Part shown: positions 1 to 9,046 of the stretch, piece by piece
Layout: each line of letters begins with the position of its first letter
How positions within the stretch are numbered: the first letter of the stretch is position 1
Assembly (NCBI GenBank): GCA_018262735.1
Contig: JADFDR010000002.1
Coordinates: 1-40,711, forward strand
Direction: 5' to 3'
DNA length: 40,711 nt
From: Geobacter sp.
Lineage (GTDB): Bacteria; Myxococcota_A; UBA9160; JADFDR01
The notes under the pieces: model-generated
Told to the model about the DNA's origin: nothing
Database searches by the model: none
The model's input: only the letters and a program-made list of their open reading frames with translations
Program-made: the position numbers and the translations under genes

Positions 1-279
1 GTCGCGCGTGCGCACGCGCGGCGAGCGCCCAAGCGGCGCGGGGCCGGGATGCACGTCGGAGTTGTAGGCATCGGCATGCATCATCGCGCGGCCGTCGTTT
101 GCAAGGAAAGGATGCGGCGACACAAAACCATCTACAGCGTTTGGTGTCGCTGGCTCACCGAGAAATTCCGGCGCGTCAGTCTTGGCGCCCGCAATCGAAC
201 GTGGCACGCGCGGCTCACCGCACGAAATCAGAAACGCGAAGCAACACAAAAATAGGACGATTGTTTTTGAGTGACGCAT
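1..279 (-). CDS. putative lipoprotein, N-terminal fragment (gene runs off the left edge)
   Basis: Not in the ORF track because no stop lies in the window. Hand translation of the minus strand from ATG 279-277 stays open to base 1: MRHSKTIVLFLCCFAFLISCGEPRVPRSIAGAK... This is a hydrophobic signal peptide ending in lipobox L-I-S-C. Purine-rich GGGGAAG lies just upstream of the ATG. Confidence 0.5.
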   Translation of the reverse strand, partial: MRHSKTIVLFLCCFAFLISCGEPRVPRSIAGAKTDAPEFLGEPATPNAVDGFVSPHPFLANDGRAMMHADAYNSDVHPGPAPLGRSPRVRTRD

Positions 280-488
280 CACTTCCCCTTTTTGACCTGA
301 TAACTGGCAACTCGCTAACGGCATCTGCCCGGCGGGCGTGGCATCCACGGCGAGGTCACAGCGGCAAGCCTGGGCGCACTTGCGTGCTGCACGCAGATCA
401 CCCTTCGCTTGCCCGCGCGCCATTTGTCATTTGCGCCAATCGTGAATGCACGGTTTCGTTCACGTCGCCGCGCCGGTGCGGCGGGCTT

Positions 489-2075
489 TTACTGTACCGC
501 TTGCGGCGTGGGGGATTCGAGCGTTTTCTCAGTGGGCGCGGGAGATTTTTGCGCGCAGCCAAAATCGCGCGCATCGGTGGAGCCATCGAAATCGTTGTCG
601 ATTCCGTCGCTGCAGGCTGATCCCGAATCCCACGATTCGGGATCAGGATCTTCCGCGAGATAGCGCTCGGGAATGCTCGCCCAAAGTGCATCGAACCACT
701 CTTGGTAGATCGTCGCTTGGGCGGAACTATCGAGAACGAGCAGATTCTCGTCGTTTTTCGCAAAAGCGGCTTTCGTCCAATTTGCGGAGCCCGCGACGAC
801 GAAGCGGCCATCGATCACAGCGGATTTTGCGTGCATCTTGCCACCCCAGTTTTCGACTTTGAGCGAGATGCCTGCGTCACGGATTCGTGTATGGACGGAA
901 TAGGGATTTTGCGCAGCAGTGGCATCGAGAATCACGCGCACTTTCACACCGCGTCGATGCGCTTCGATCAAATCACGCGCAAGATCTTTGTGCGTAAGAT
1001 AAAAAACCGCGATGTCGATGTTTTGTTTTGCAGCGCGAATCCGGCTCGAAAGTTCTTTCAACGCATCGCCTTTGGGCGGAAAGAAAACTTGCACGCGTAC
1101 GGAATCGGACTGCTTCGCATCGTCATGACTACCGACGGAAACGATGCACGGATCTTGCGTGCGCTTGTTGCGATGAAAGCGACCCTGCTCGTACATCTGC
1201 TCGACTTCCTGCGCGTAGCATGCAGCAATTTCCGGCGAGTCGATCAGCACGGTCAGGTTCGCGCTGTAACCCGTGATATCGATATCGCTCAAATTCGCGG
1301 AACTCGTCCACACCCAGCGCCCATCCACCACGAAAAATTTATTATGCATGATCGCCGCATCGTAAAGCGTGGTCTCTGCTTCTTGCATGGAGGAAAGCTT
1401 GTCTTCGAATTGATTGAATTTCGTGTTGAATTTTTTCTTCTTTGCCGACTTCGCTGTGTTGGATTCCATTTTTTGCTTGGGTGAGACTTTCTCCGACGCT
1501 ATTTCATCGGAGCGCACGCTTTGCAACGCTTCGATGAGATCGTCGGTGTCCGCATACTCGAATTTACCGTCTTGATCACGATCGACGACACCACGGATCG
1601 CAACACCACGTTGTTTCGCGGCGACGAGCGCTGCAAAAATCTGCGGCTGTTTGCGAATGCCGTAAATCGAAAAGTCGATCCGGCGCTCGGCGTGCTCGAT
1701 CAAATCAAGCAAGGATTGACATGATTTTGTGTCGCAGTGTTCGCTTGGGAGCGCGGAGTTCGAATCGAGCGGGCTTAACGGAAGCAAGCGCACGCTGGCA
1801 CTCGAACGAGGATCGCCCGCAACGCCCAGAGCCACACTCGCTCCGGTGCTCGTTGCACTCGACTCCGCGTCTGTTGCGGGGCCGCTCGCGACATCGCTCG
1901 AAGCCTCGCCGGCCCAATGGCTCGACGCTGCGCCGAAGACTTCGCGCAGCGCATCGTGCATTTTTCCGTCGGAAGCTGCGCGCAGGGCAAGATAGACCAG
2001 CGCGACGAGCAAACTCAGAATTTTGACCTGGCGTCTCGTGAGTAGACGTATTCGCAAGCGTCGGGCGCGGTGCAC
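489..2075 (-). CDS. phospholipase D / HKD-family protein with N-terminal membrane anchor and Cys-rich C-terminal motif
   Basis: Track ORF 489..2282. Two HKD motifs: MHNKFFVVDGRWVWTSSANLSD and MHAKSAVIDGRFVVAGSANWT. Hydrophobic segment KILSLLVALVYLAL. C-terminal CSDGIDNDFDGSTDARDFGC. Start moved to GTG 2075 (GAGGAG 8 nt upstream) because the longer ORF would run into the nirC 3' end. Confidence 0.85.
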   Translation of the reverse strand: MHRARRLRIRLLTRRQVKILSLLVALVYLALRAASDGKMHDALREVFGAASSHWAGEASSDVASGPATDAESSATSTGASVALGVAGDPRSSASVRLLPLSPLDSNSALPSEHCDTKSCQSLLDLIEHAERRIDFSIYGIRKQPQIFAALVAAKQRGVAIRGVVDRDQDGKFEYADTDDLIEALQSVRSDEIASEKVSPKQKMESNTAKSAKKKKFNTKFNQFEDKLSSMQEAETTLYDAAIMHNKFFVVDGRWVWTSSANLSDIDITGYSANLTVLIDSPEIAACYAQEVEQMYEQGRFHRNKRTQDPCIVSVGSHDDAKQSDSVRVQVFFPPKGDALKELSSRIRAAKQNIDIAVFYLTHKDLARDLIEAHRRGVKVRVILDATAAQNPYSVHTRIRDAGISLKVENWGGKMHAKSAVIDGRFVVAGSANWTKAAFAKNDENLLVLDSSAQATIYQEWFDALWASIPERYLAEDPDPESWDSGSACSDGIDNDFDGSTDARDFGCAQKSPAPTEKTLESPTPQAVQ

Positions 2076-2131
2076 CAAAGGTTCTCCTCGCGGAAATAAA
2101 AACGAGGATAACCGCGCACGGAGCCTTGCGT

Positions 2132-2962
2132 CTACGACTCGCTCAGCGAAACCTGCGCGCCCGCATCCACACCGGACTCCACTGCCACCGCCACTGGTCC
2201 ACGCGCAACTTGGGGCGTCGCCTTCGCATAACCAAGCGCCATGAAGAGCGCGCCGGCGAGTGTGTTGCCAAGCGTCACCCAAAGGAGATTGTGCGCCATT
2301 CCAGCGAGCGAAACGGCCTCGGGGTGTGGACTAAAAAGCGCGATGCAAAAAAGTGTCATGTTCGCGACGCTGTGCTCATAGCCGCTGGCGATGAAGGCAA
2401 GCAAGCACCAGAAGATCACGACACACTTTGCGGTGTCGCTCGAAACGCGCGCCGCCATCCACAACGCGAGACAAACCAGCCAGTTGCAAAGCACTCCCAG
2501 CGCAAAGAGTTCTCCGGCAGATTTGCCCATCTTCGCCGCTGCGGCGGAGTTGATGAGATCGAGCGTTGCGCCCGACGCACCGCCACCGACGACGAAAATC
2601 CCTGCAAGCAAGGCCGAGCCCGCGAAATTGCCCGCCCAGGCTGCCGGCCAAACGCGCGAGAGATCTTGGAAGCCGATTCGCCGCTTCAGCCAGCCGAGCG
2701 TCATGATCATGGTGTGCCCCGTAAAAAGCTCTGAGCCCGCGATCACCACGAGCGTGAGCGCGATGCCAAACGTCGCACCCATCACAAGTTTGCGTAGCGC
2801 AGGATCGATCAGCGCGCCGAGACTGAAGATGAGAATGATGCCAAGCCCGACGTAGGCGCCCGCCATCATTGCGCCGATCCAAAACGCCGGCGCGTGGTTT
2901 TTTAAAACCGCCGCCTTCTTCTCGGCGACGGCGGCAAAGTGATCAAGCGTGTCCTGATACAT
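2132..2962 (-). CDS. nirC: formate/nitrite transporter (FNT) family protein, probable nitrite channel
   Basis: 276-aa polytopic protein with FNT-type motifs (AGSELFTGHTM, SGYEHSVANM). Lies immediately downstream of nirBD and overlaps the nirD 3' end by 20 nt. ATG 2962 has GAGGA 5 nt upstream. Confidence 0.85.
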   Translation of the reverse strand: MYQDTLDHFAAVAEKKAAVLKNHAPAFWIGAMMAGAYVGLGIILIFSLGALIDPALRKLVMGATFGIALTLVVIAGSELFTGHTMIMTLGWLKRRIGFQDLSRVWPAAWAGNFAGSALLAGIFVVGGGASGATLDLINSAAAAKMGKSAGELFALGVLCNWLVCLALWMAARVSSDTAKCVVIFWCLLAFIASGYEHSVANMTLFCIALFSPHPEAVSLAGMAHNLLWVTLGNTLAGALFMALGYAKATPQVARGPVAVAVESGVDAGAQVSLSES

Positions 2963-3344
2963 GATTTTCCTCTTCGGCGCTCCGGCAAACCTTTTTGGCG
3001 ATCTCCGCGCGCAAGCACAGCGAGATCACGCCGTCTTCGACGCGCACGTCGAAGCGCTTGGTGCAACCTTGATCGGGCGGCACGGCCACACCGTCGAAAA
3101 GTTCGATCTTCCAACCGTGGAGCGCGCAAGTCACCCGCCGGCCATGCACGATGCCTTGCGAAAGCGGTCCACCGCGATGCGGGCAACGATCGCGCAACGC
3201 GAAGATCTCGCCTTCGCCCGTGCGAAACACGGCGATGTCACCGATCGGTGTCGAAACGACTCGCGCGCCACGCAGCGGAATGTTTTCGACGCTCCCGACC
3301 TCAACCCACTCTGGAACACAATGCGTAACACTTTTTTGGATCAT
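2943..3344 (-). CDS. nirD: nitrite reductase [NAD(P)H] small subunit (Rieske-like)
   Basis: 133 aa containing RDRCPHRGGPLSQG and CALHGWK. ATGA start/stop overlap with the nirB stop (3341-3344). Confidence 0.9.
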   Translation of the reverse strand: MIQKSVTHCVPEWVEVGSVENIPLRGARVVSTPIGDIAVFRTGEGEIFALRDRCPHRGGPLSQGIVHGRRVTCALHGWKIELFDGVAVPPDQGCTKRFDVRVEDGVISLCLRAEIAKKVCRSAEEENHVSGHA

Positions 3345-5797
3345 GCTGCTTCTCCTTTCGTCACCACGGTGAGCGCCTTGAACTCATGCGCTTCGACGCC
3401 TTCCCGAGCCCGCTCGGCCCACGGATCTTTCTGCGAGAACTTTTGCGAGTGCAAGAAGCGCTCATACAACACCTTGCGTCCCGTCGCATCGTCGACGATT
3501 CGCTTGCGAATCGCGGCCAAGCCCACGCGCTCGATCCAAGCGGCAGTGCGTTCGAGATAGTGCGCTTCCTCGCGATACATCTGCAAAAACGCGCCGCAGG
3601 TTTCGAGCACCTCGGCTTCGGTCGCGACTTTGCACAAGAAGTCGGTCGCGCGAACTTTCACGCCGCCGTTGCCACCGACGTGAAGCTCCCAGCCGGAGTC
3701 GACCGCGACCACGCCGAAATCTTTGATCGTGGCTTCCGCACAATTTCGTGGGCAACCCGAAACCGCGAGCTTCACTTTGTGCGGCGCCCACGCGCCCCAG
3801 GTCATCTTCTCGATTTCGATTCCCATCGCCGTCGAGTCCTGGGTTCCAAAGCGACACCATTGTTTGCCGACACAAGTTTTTACCGTGCGCACGGCCTTGG
3901 CATACGCGTAGCCGGATACCATTCCGGCATCGTTGAGATCGCGCCAAATTTCCGGCAAGACTTCTTTCTTCACGCCAAGCAGATCGATGCGTTGACCGCC
4001 GGTGATGTGCAACGCCGGCACGCTGTGCTTTTCGGCAACGTCGGCAATCGCGCGCAACTCCGACACGGTCGTCATGCCGCCCCACATCCGCGGGATTACG
4101 GAATAGCTGCCATCCTTTTGGATGTTTGCGTGTGCTCGCTCGTTGATGAAACGCGACTGCGCATCGTGCTCGTATTCTCCGGGCCAAGCGCAGTGCAAAT
4201 AATAGTTGAGCGCTTGGCGGCAAGCGGCGCAGCCATCCGTGGTCTTCCATTCCAGGAAGACCATCGCTTCGCCGATGCTTTTCAGCTCTTCTTCGCGAAT
4301 CGTACTTCGCACTTCGTCGTGGCTGTATTCCGTGCAAGCGCAAAGCGGTTTTTTCGTCGGACCTTCCGAGAAGTCACTTCCAAGTGTATGGGCAAGGATT
4401 TGCTTCACGAGTCCGGTGCAGGAGCCGCAAGAAGAAGATGCCTTGGTGTGCGCGCGCACTTCTTCGAGCGTGAAGAGTTTCTTCTCCGTGATCGCGTCGA
4501 CGATCGTCTTCTTGCACACGCCGTTGCAGCCGCAGATTTCGGTGTCGTCGCTCAGTTCCAAGAACGTGTCTTTTGCGCCGCGCCCGGCATCGCCCGCGAG
4601 CGCTTTGCCGAAGAGCAAGCGATCGCGATTGCCGCTTACGTCAACGCCGTCACACAGAAGTTGGTAATACCAGCTTGCGTCGATCGCATCGCCGTAAAGC
4701 ACCACGCCACGAATCCGGTTGTCGGCGAGCACAAGTTTTTTGTAGATCCCGCGCCCGAGATCGTGAAGCACAATGGTGTCGGCGTTTTCGGCTTCGCGAA
4801 AATCTCCGGCGGAGAAGAGATCGATGTCCGCAACTTTGAGTCGCGCCGAATCTGTCGAGCCGCGATAGGCCGAGTGGCCGAGCAGTGCGAGTTGATTCGC
4901 GCAAACTTTGGCTTGCTCGAAGAGCGGCGCCACCAAGCCGTAAGTGCGGCCACGATGTTGCACGCATTCTCCGACGGCGTAGATGCGCGGATCAAAGGTT
5001 TGCATCGTGTCGTTCGTAACGATGCCGCGCTCGCAGTGCAGCCCCGCTGCTTTGGCGAGTGCCGCATCCGGACGGATGCCAACCGCCATCACCACGAGAT
5101 CCGTCGGAATTTCGGTGCCATCGGCAAGCCGCACTGCGCGCACGCGCTCTTCGCCAAGAATTTGTTCGGTATTCGCCGACAAGAAAATTTTCAAGCCGCG
5201 CGCTTCGAGGGTACGACGCAACATTGCGGCGGCGGCTTCGTCGAGCTGCCGATCCATCAAGGTGTTCATCAAGTGGATCACACTCACGCTCATGCCTTGC
5301 TTCATCAGCCCGGCCGCAGCTTCGAGGCCGAGCAGCCCGCCGCCGATCACGACTGCGTTGCCTTTGGCGCGGGAAGCTTCGAGCATCATTTCGACATCGC
5401 GAATCGTGCGAAAGCCGACGACACCTGGAAGTGTCGCTCCTGGAATTGGCAAGGCGATCGGTTTTGAGCCGGTGGCGATCAGCAAACGATCGTATTGCGC
5501 CTCCGTTCCGTCGGACGCGATCACTTTTCGGTGTCGGCGATCGATCTCGACAACTTCTTTGCCTGCGTACAGCGTGATGCCGTTTTCGCGATACCAAACT
5601 TCGCTGTTGAGCAGGATTTCGCTAAAGCTCGACTCGCCCGCCAGCACCGGCGAGAGCAAGATGCGATTGTAATTGCCGTGTGGCTCGGCACCGAAGACCG
5701 TGATGTCGTAGAGATCCGGCGCGAGTTTGAGCAACTCTTCGACGGTGCGCATGCCGGCCATTCCGTTTCCGATGACAACGAGCTTCAACTTTTTCAC
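3341..5797 (-). CDS. nirB: nitrite reductase [NAD(P)H] large subunit
   Basis: N-terminal FAD/NAD fold (KLVVIGNGMAGM), BFD-like Cys cluster (CGCNGVCK...SSCGSCTG) and a C-terminal siroheme/4Fe-4S domain (TCVGKQWCRFG, VSGCPRNCAEA). The track start at 5842 is a TTG. GTG 5797, preceded by GGAGAA at 7 nt, gives the usual VKKLKLVVIGNG N-terminus. Confidence 0.92.
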   Translation of the reverse strand: MKKLKLVVIGNGMAGMRTVEELLKLAPDLYDITVFGAEPHGNYNRILLSPVLAGESSFSEILLNSEVWYRENGITLYAGKEVVEIDRRHRKVIASDGTEAQYDRLLIATGSKPIALPIPGATLPGVVGFRTIRDVEMMLEASRAKGNAVVIGGGLLGLEAAAGLMKQGMSVSVIHLMNTLMDRQLDEAAAAMLRRTLEARGLKIFLSANTEQILGEERVRAVRLADGTEIPTDLVVMAVGIRPDAALAKAAGLHCERGIVTNDTMQTFDPRIYAVGECVQHRGRTYGLVAPLFEQAKVCANQLALLGHSAYRGSTDSARLKVADIDLFSAGDFREAENADTIVLHDLGRGIYKKLVLADNRIRGVVLYGDAIDASWYYQLLCDGVDVSGNRDRLLFGKALAGDAGRGAKDTFLELSDDTEICGCNGVCKKTIVDAITEKKLFTLEEVRAHTKASSSCGSCTGLVKQILAHTLGSDFSEGPTKKPLCACTEYSHDEVRSTIREEELKSIGEAMVFLEWKTTDGCAACRQALNYYLHCAWPGEYEHDAQSRFINERAHANIQKDGSYSVIPRMWGGMTTVSELRAIADVAEKHSVPALHITGGQRIDLLGVKKEVLPEIWRDLNDAGMVSGYAYAKAVRTVKTCVGKQWCRFGTQDSTAMGIEIEKMTWGAWAPHKVKLAVSGCPRNCAEATIKDFGVVAVDSGWELHVGGNGGVKVRATDFLCKVATEAEVLETCGAFLQMYREEAHYLERTAAWIERVGLAAIRKRIVDDATGRKVLYERFLHSQKFSQKDPWAERAREGVEAHEFKALTVVTKGEAA

Positions 5798-6143
5798 GGC
5801 GCTTCTCCACTTGCTGCGTTCGATCGCTGCGTTCGATCCCAAATCAAAATTCGAGTTCCGCTTGGGCGCCTAGAGCAAAGGATGTGCCGAAAAATTTTTT
5901 GTCGGAGAAAGATCGAAAAAATGGAATTCAACGCGCCGCAAGCGTTGCCCCGCGCAAATCAGGACCAAAACCCATGCGATCTCAACGTGCAAAGAGCACA
6001 CGATTCGACGGATTCGACGGTGCACACGCCGCACTGCACAAAATTTGCGCATTGCCGTGATGCATCCTTGAGCAAAGATGCGAACACGAGCTTCGCGCGA
6101 GCGCTGAAAACTTTGTCTTGGCAACACGGTGGGGCGTGCGGAG

Positions 6144-6815
6144 CTACAGACCAATCACACTGTAGTCGTTGTCGAGAATCAATCGGATCGCGGCGTACAT
6201 TCCGATGAGGCCAAACGCAAACCACGGCATGTTCGTGCCCACGATGTAGGTCATGTTCTCGCGGCGATTCAACAATTTTTGGCGTTCGTTGACGAGGAAA
6301 CTAAACCAGTAAATCACCGTGCCGTAGGTCATCTGGTAGAACATCACGAGCCCGATGATGCCAAGCACGCGCGCCGGCAAGAACTGCCAGGTGAGTCCAA
6401 GATGCAGAATCACCGACGGAATGAGCGTGCTGAATCCGTTTCCCACATCGGCCGCATAACCGAAGGTTCGTTTGTCGGCATACGATTTATCGAAGAGCGA
6501 ATAGGCACTCCACGCCTTCGTCCAATACGAGGGCGTCAGAAACTCGCGCAAGCCGATCTTGCTGCGCATCAGGATTGCCATCGGCTTGGTTTTCTTGTGG
6601 AAGCAATCGCCGTACCAGTGTTCGCTTTCCTTGAAGACTTGCTCTCGGCAATAGAAAAGCACCAGCTCCCAGTAAACGACCAAGAGGTTCAAGGACAAGA
6701 ACATTGCAATCGCGACGTAGACCCAATTGAAGGTGCCATGAACATAATAATGTGTAGCTAGCGTGAGCGTCGTCAGCAACGAAATGAAGGCAAGCATAAA
6801 AAACTGTACGGGCAT
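6144..6815 (-). CDS. polytopic membrane protein, possibly EBP/EXPERA-like (tentative)
   Basis: Track ORF 6144..6890. Start set to ATG 6815 (AAGGA 7 nt upstream). About 5 hydrophobic helices. By-eye resemblance to emopamil-binding-protein motifs: WSAYSLFDKSY versus WKEYAKGDSRY, and FYQMTYGTVIYWF versus GQIYGDVLYF. Confidence 0.6.
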   Translation of the reverse strand: MPVQFFMLAFISLLTTLTLATHYYVHGTFNWVYVAIAMFLSLNLLVVYWELVLFYCREQVFKESEHWYGDCFHKKTKPMAILMRSKIGLREFLTPSYWTKAWSAYSLFDKSYADKRTFGYAADVGNGFSTLIPSVILHLGLTWQFLPARVLGIIGLVMFYQMTYGTVIYWFSFLVNERQKLLNRRENMTYIVGTNMPWFAFGLIGMYAAIRLILDNDYSVIGL

Positions 6816-6899
6816 GGCGTGTTCCTTTCGAGTTTGTTTGCAGCGAAGCTCTTCTCCCAGGAAGGTCGTTTCGGAATCACTCGCGCGCAAGTCCGTCGA

Positions 6900-7727
6900 T
6901 CAATAACCCTTGAACTCGGCTTTGCGCTTCTCGAAGAAAGCCGTGGTGCCTTCTTTGAAGTCGCGCGTCGCCGCCGTCATCGTCGAAGCAACGGCTTCGT
7001 AGTCGAGCATCTCGTCGAGTGTCGAGTTGAGCGACTTGTAAACGAAGCGGCGCGCCATGTCGATCGCCACGCTCGGGCCTGCGGCGAGTTTCGACGCATA
7101 CGCAAACGCGGCCTCGAAGGCCTTGCCTTCCGGCACGAGTTCGTCGATCAGGCCAATTGCCTTGGCTTCTTCGGCGTTAAACATTTTTGCGGTTTCGACC
7201 ATCATCAGCGCGTTCGAAAGACCGACGATGCGCGGCAAGAAGTAGGTCACGCCGCAGTCCGGGCTGATGCCAACTTTGGTAAAGATCGCCGACATCTTGG
7301 CGCTGGAATCGGCAAAGCGTCGATCACACGCAAGTGCGTAAGCGAGGCCCGCGCCCACCGCCGGGCCGTGGATGGCGGCGATCACCGGCTTTTCGACGGC
7401 CACGATTTGGCGCGTCACGTCGACGAAGGGGCCGCCCGGGGTTTTTCGCTGCGAGCGCGGCATGCGGCGCGACGGATCCGACGCACCCGGCAGCGGTCGA
7501 TCGCCTTCGCCGCTCAAAAACTCGACATCTCCGCCCGAGCAAAAGGAACGCCCTGCACCGGTCAACACAATCGTGCGTACATCGTCGTTGTAGTGCAACT
7601 CATGAAAGAGCTTTGCCGTCGCTTCGGCAAGATCCCAGTTCACCGCGTTCAGGCGGTCCGGGCGATTCAAGGTGACGATGCCGACACCGTCGCGAAGCTC
7701 GAAAAGAACAAGATCATTTTCTGCCAT
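6900..7727 (-). CDS. enoyl-CoA hydratase/isomerase (crotonase) family protein
   Basis: Crotonase motifs GIVTLNRPDRLNAV, FCSGGDV and AAIHGPAVGAGLAYALACD. Start set to ATG 7727 with AAGGAG 7 nt upstream; the track start 7772 adds a Lys-rich extension. Confidence 0.88.
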   Translation of the reverse strand: MAENDLVLFELRDGVGIVTLNRPDRLNAVNWDLAEATAKLFHELHYNDDVRTIVLTGAGRSFCSGGDVEFLSGEGDRPLPGASDPSRRMPRSQRKTPGGPFVDVTRQIVAVEKPVIAAIHGPAVGAGLAYALACDRRFADSSAKMSAIFTKVGISPDCGVTYFLPRIVGLSNALMMVETAKMFNAEEAKAIGLIDELVPEGKAFEAAFAYASKLAAGPSVAIDMARRFVYKSLNSTLDEMLDYEAVASTMTAATRDFKEGTTAFFEKRKAEFKGY

Positions 7728-7806
7728 GGGATTGCTCCTTTTTCTTTTTTGTTTCGTGGATTCAGACTTCATGTCGCTATTTGGTGTCGCAGATCAAAGC
7801 AGCGCA

Positions 7807-8868
7807 CTAAGCGTGCAGCGCCTTCACCGTGGCGCGCACCCAGTCTTCTTGGGCGCGCAACCCCGGCGGCAAATCGAGCAGCACCGTCGAAAACAAACCC
7901 GCGCAACGCTGCTTCACCAGCGAAACGAGATCGTCGGCAGTTCCGATGAGCGCCCATTCTTCAAGCATTTCGTCGGTGATCACCTCCGGCATCTCGGTCC
8001 ATTTTCCTTGGCGCGAAAGATCGTGCAGCTTATGCCCGGCTTCTTGCCAACCGTGGAATTCGAGTACCGCGTGATACGTGCGTGTCGAGGCATAGAAGGC
8101 AATGTGCTGCGCGAGTTCGCGCTTGGCGCGCGCAACGTCTTCGGCCCTTTCGCCGATCGCGAGAAACGGCGCACCGATCAAGTCGATGTCGGCGAGCTTG
8201 CGGCCCGCCTTCTTCGCACCTTCCTCGATCGCCGGGAGTACAACATCTTGTGTATAGCGGAAGGTCGCGATCGGATGCAATCGCAAGCCGTCGCAAAGCT
8301 CGCCCGAAAGTTTCGCCATGTAGGGATTGACGGCGGCGATGCAAAGCTCCGGCGGTGCGTAGTCGATCGGCCCGGGATTGAAAAACGGCGGCAGCATCGT
8401 GAACGAATAATGCGTGCCTTCGAAATACGTCGGCTTCTTGGGATTTGCGAACGACGCGAAGATCGCCTTCATGCAGAGCAGATACTCGCGCATTCGCGGG
8501 CCCGGCGGCCCCGACCATGTCGCGACATAGCGCCGCTCAACGTGTCCCTTCACTTGCGTGCCAAGCCCCAAACGAAAGCGGCCCTTCGAGAGTTGCTGCA
8601 AGTCCCAAGCAACTTGCGCGGTGACCATGGGGCTGCGCGGGAAAGCAATCGCGACGTTCGTGCCAAGCTTCACGCGCTCGGTGTGTTCGGCCGCAATCAC
8701 GAGCGGCAAGAACGGATCATGCCCCGCTTCGGGCGACGTCACACCGTCGAAACCAAGCTCTTCGAGCTTGCGCGCAGCGTCGGCAATTTTACCGATCGTC
8801 ATCGAGGCTTGACCTTGGCCAGCGTATTGCTGCGTCTCCGGACCGAGCATCACGGTTTCGATTTTCAC
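7807..8868 (-). CDS. LLM-class (luciferase-like) F420/flavin-dependent oxidoreductase
   Basis: Luciferase-like TIM-barrel look: ELGFDGVTSPEAGHDPF, KLGTNVAIAFPRSP and GRFRLGLGTQVKGH. GAGGAG abuts ATG 8874 (zero spacing) but sits 6 nt from GTG 8868, so 8868 is preferred. 8874 remains possible. Confidence 0.85.
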   Translation of the reverse strand: MKIETVMLGPETQQYAGQGQASMTIGKIADAARKLEELGFDGVTSPEAGHDPFLPLVIAAEHTERVKLGTNVAIAFPRSPMVTAQVAWDLQQLSKGRFRLGLGTQVKGHVERRYVATWSGPPGPRMREYLLCMKAIFASFANPKKPTYFEGTHYSFTMLPPFFNPGPIDYAPPELCIAAVNPYMAKLSGELCDGLRLHPIATFRYTQDVVLPAIEEGAKKAGRKLADIDLIGAPFLAIGERAEDVARAKRELAQHIAFYASTRTYHAVLEFHGWQEAGHKLHDLSRQGKWTEMPEVITDEMLEEWALIGTADDLVSLVKQRCAGLFSTVLLDLPPGLRAQEDWVRATVKALHA

Positions 8869-8893
8869 GGGCATCTCCTCACGATTTTTTGCT

Positions 8894-8905
8894 GCAAAAT
8901 TTTGC
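8894..8905. promoter_or_regulatory. perfect 12-bp AT-core palindrome GCAAAATTTTGC, candidate operator
   Basis: Read directly from the sequence. Lies ~20-30 nt upstream of the LLM gene start, inside the 420-nt divergent intergenic region. Confidence 0.3.
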
Positions 8906-9017
8906 GAATGCCTTGCGCTTGAACGCGGCGTTCACGCTAACAAATCACATGAAATCGGGCCGCAATCGGAAGTGCAAAACTCGAATCGACACCGGCCCAA
9001 GCGCAAAACGCGAAGAT

Positions 9018-9046
9018 TTGACAAGGCATGGCGTGAATTTCATACT
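9018..9046 (+). promoter_or_regulatory. sigma70-like promoter candidate for the first CoA-transferase pair
   Basis: TTGACA (9018-9023), exactly 17 nt spacer, then CATACT (9041-9046). It would give a ~240-nt leader before the first CoA-transferase gene. Confidence 0.3.

Noticed and set aside
466-483. Small hairpin CGCCGC-GCCGGT-GCGGCG after the PLD stop
   Set aside because: It has only 6 bp of stem. The T-tract lies on the plus strand where no gene ends, which is too weak to call a terminator.
3386-5467. 693-aa plus-strand ORF
   Set aside because: It is an antisense shadow of nirB, typical for GC-rich DNA. The translation is Arg/Ala/His-rich with no recognisable motifs, while the minus strand carries unambiguous NirB motifs.
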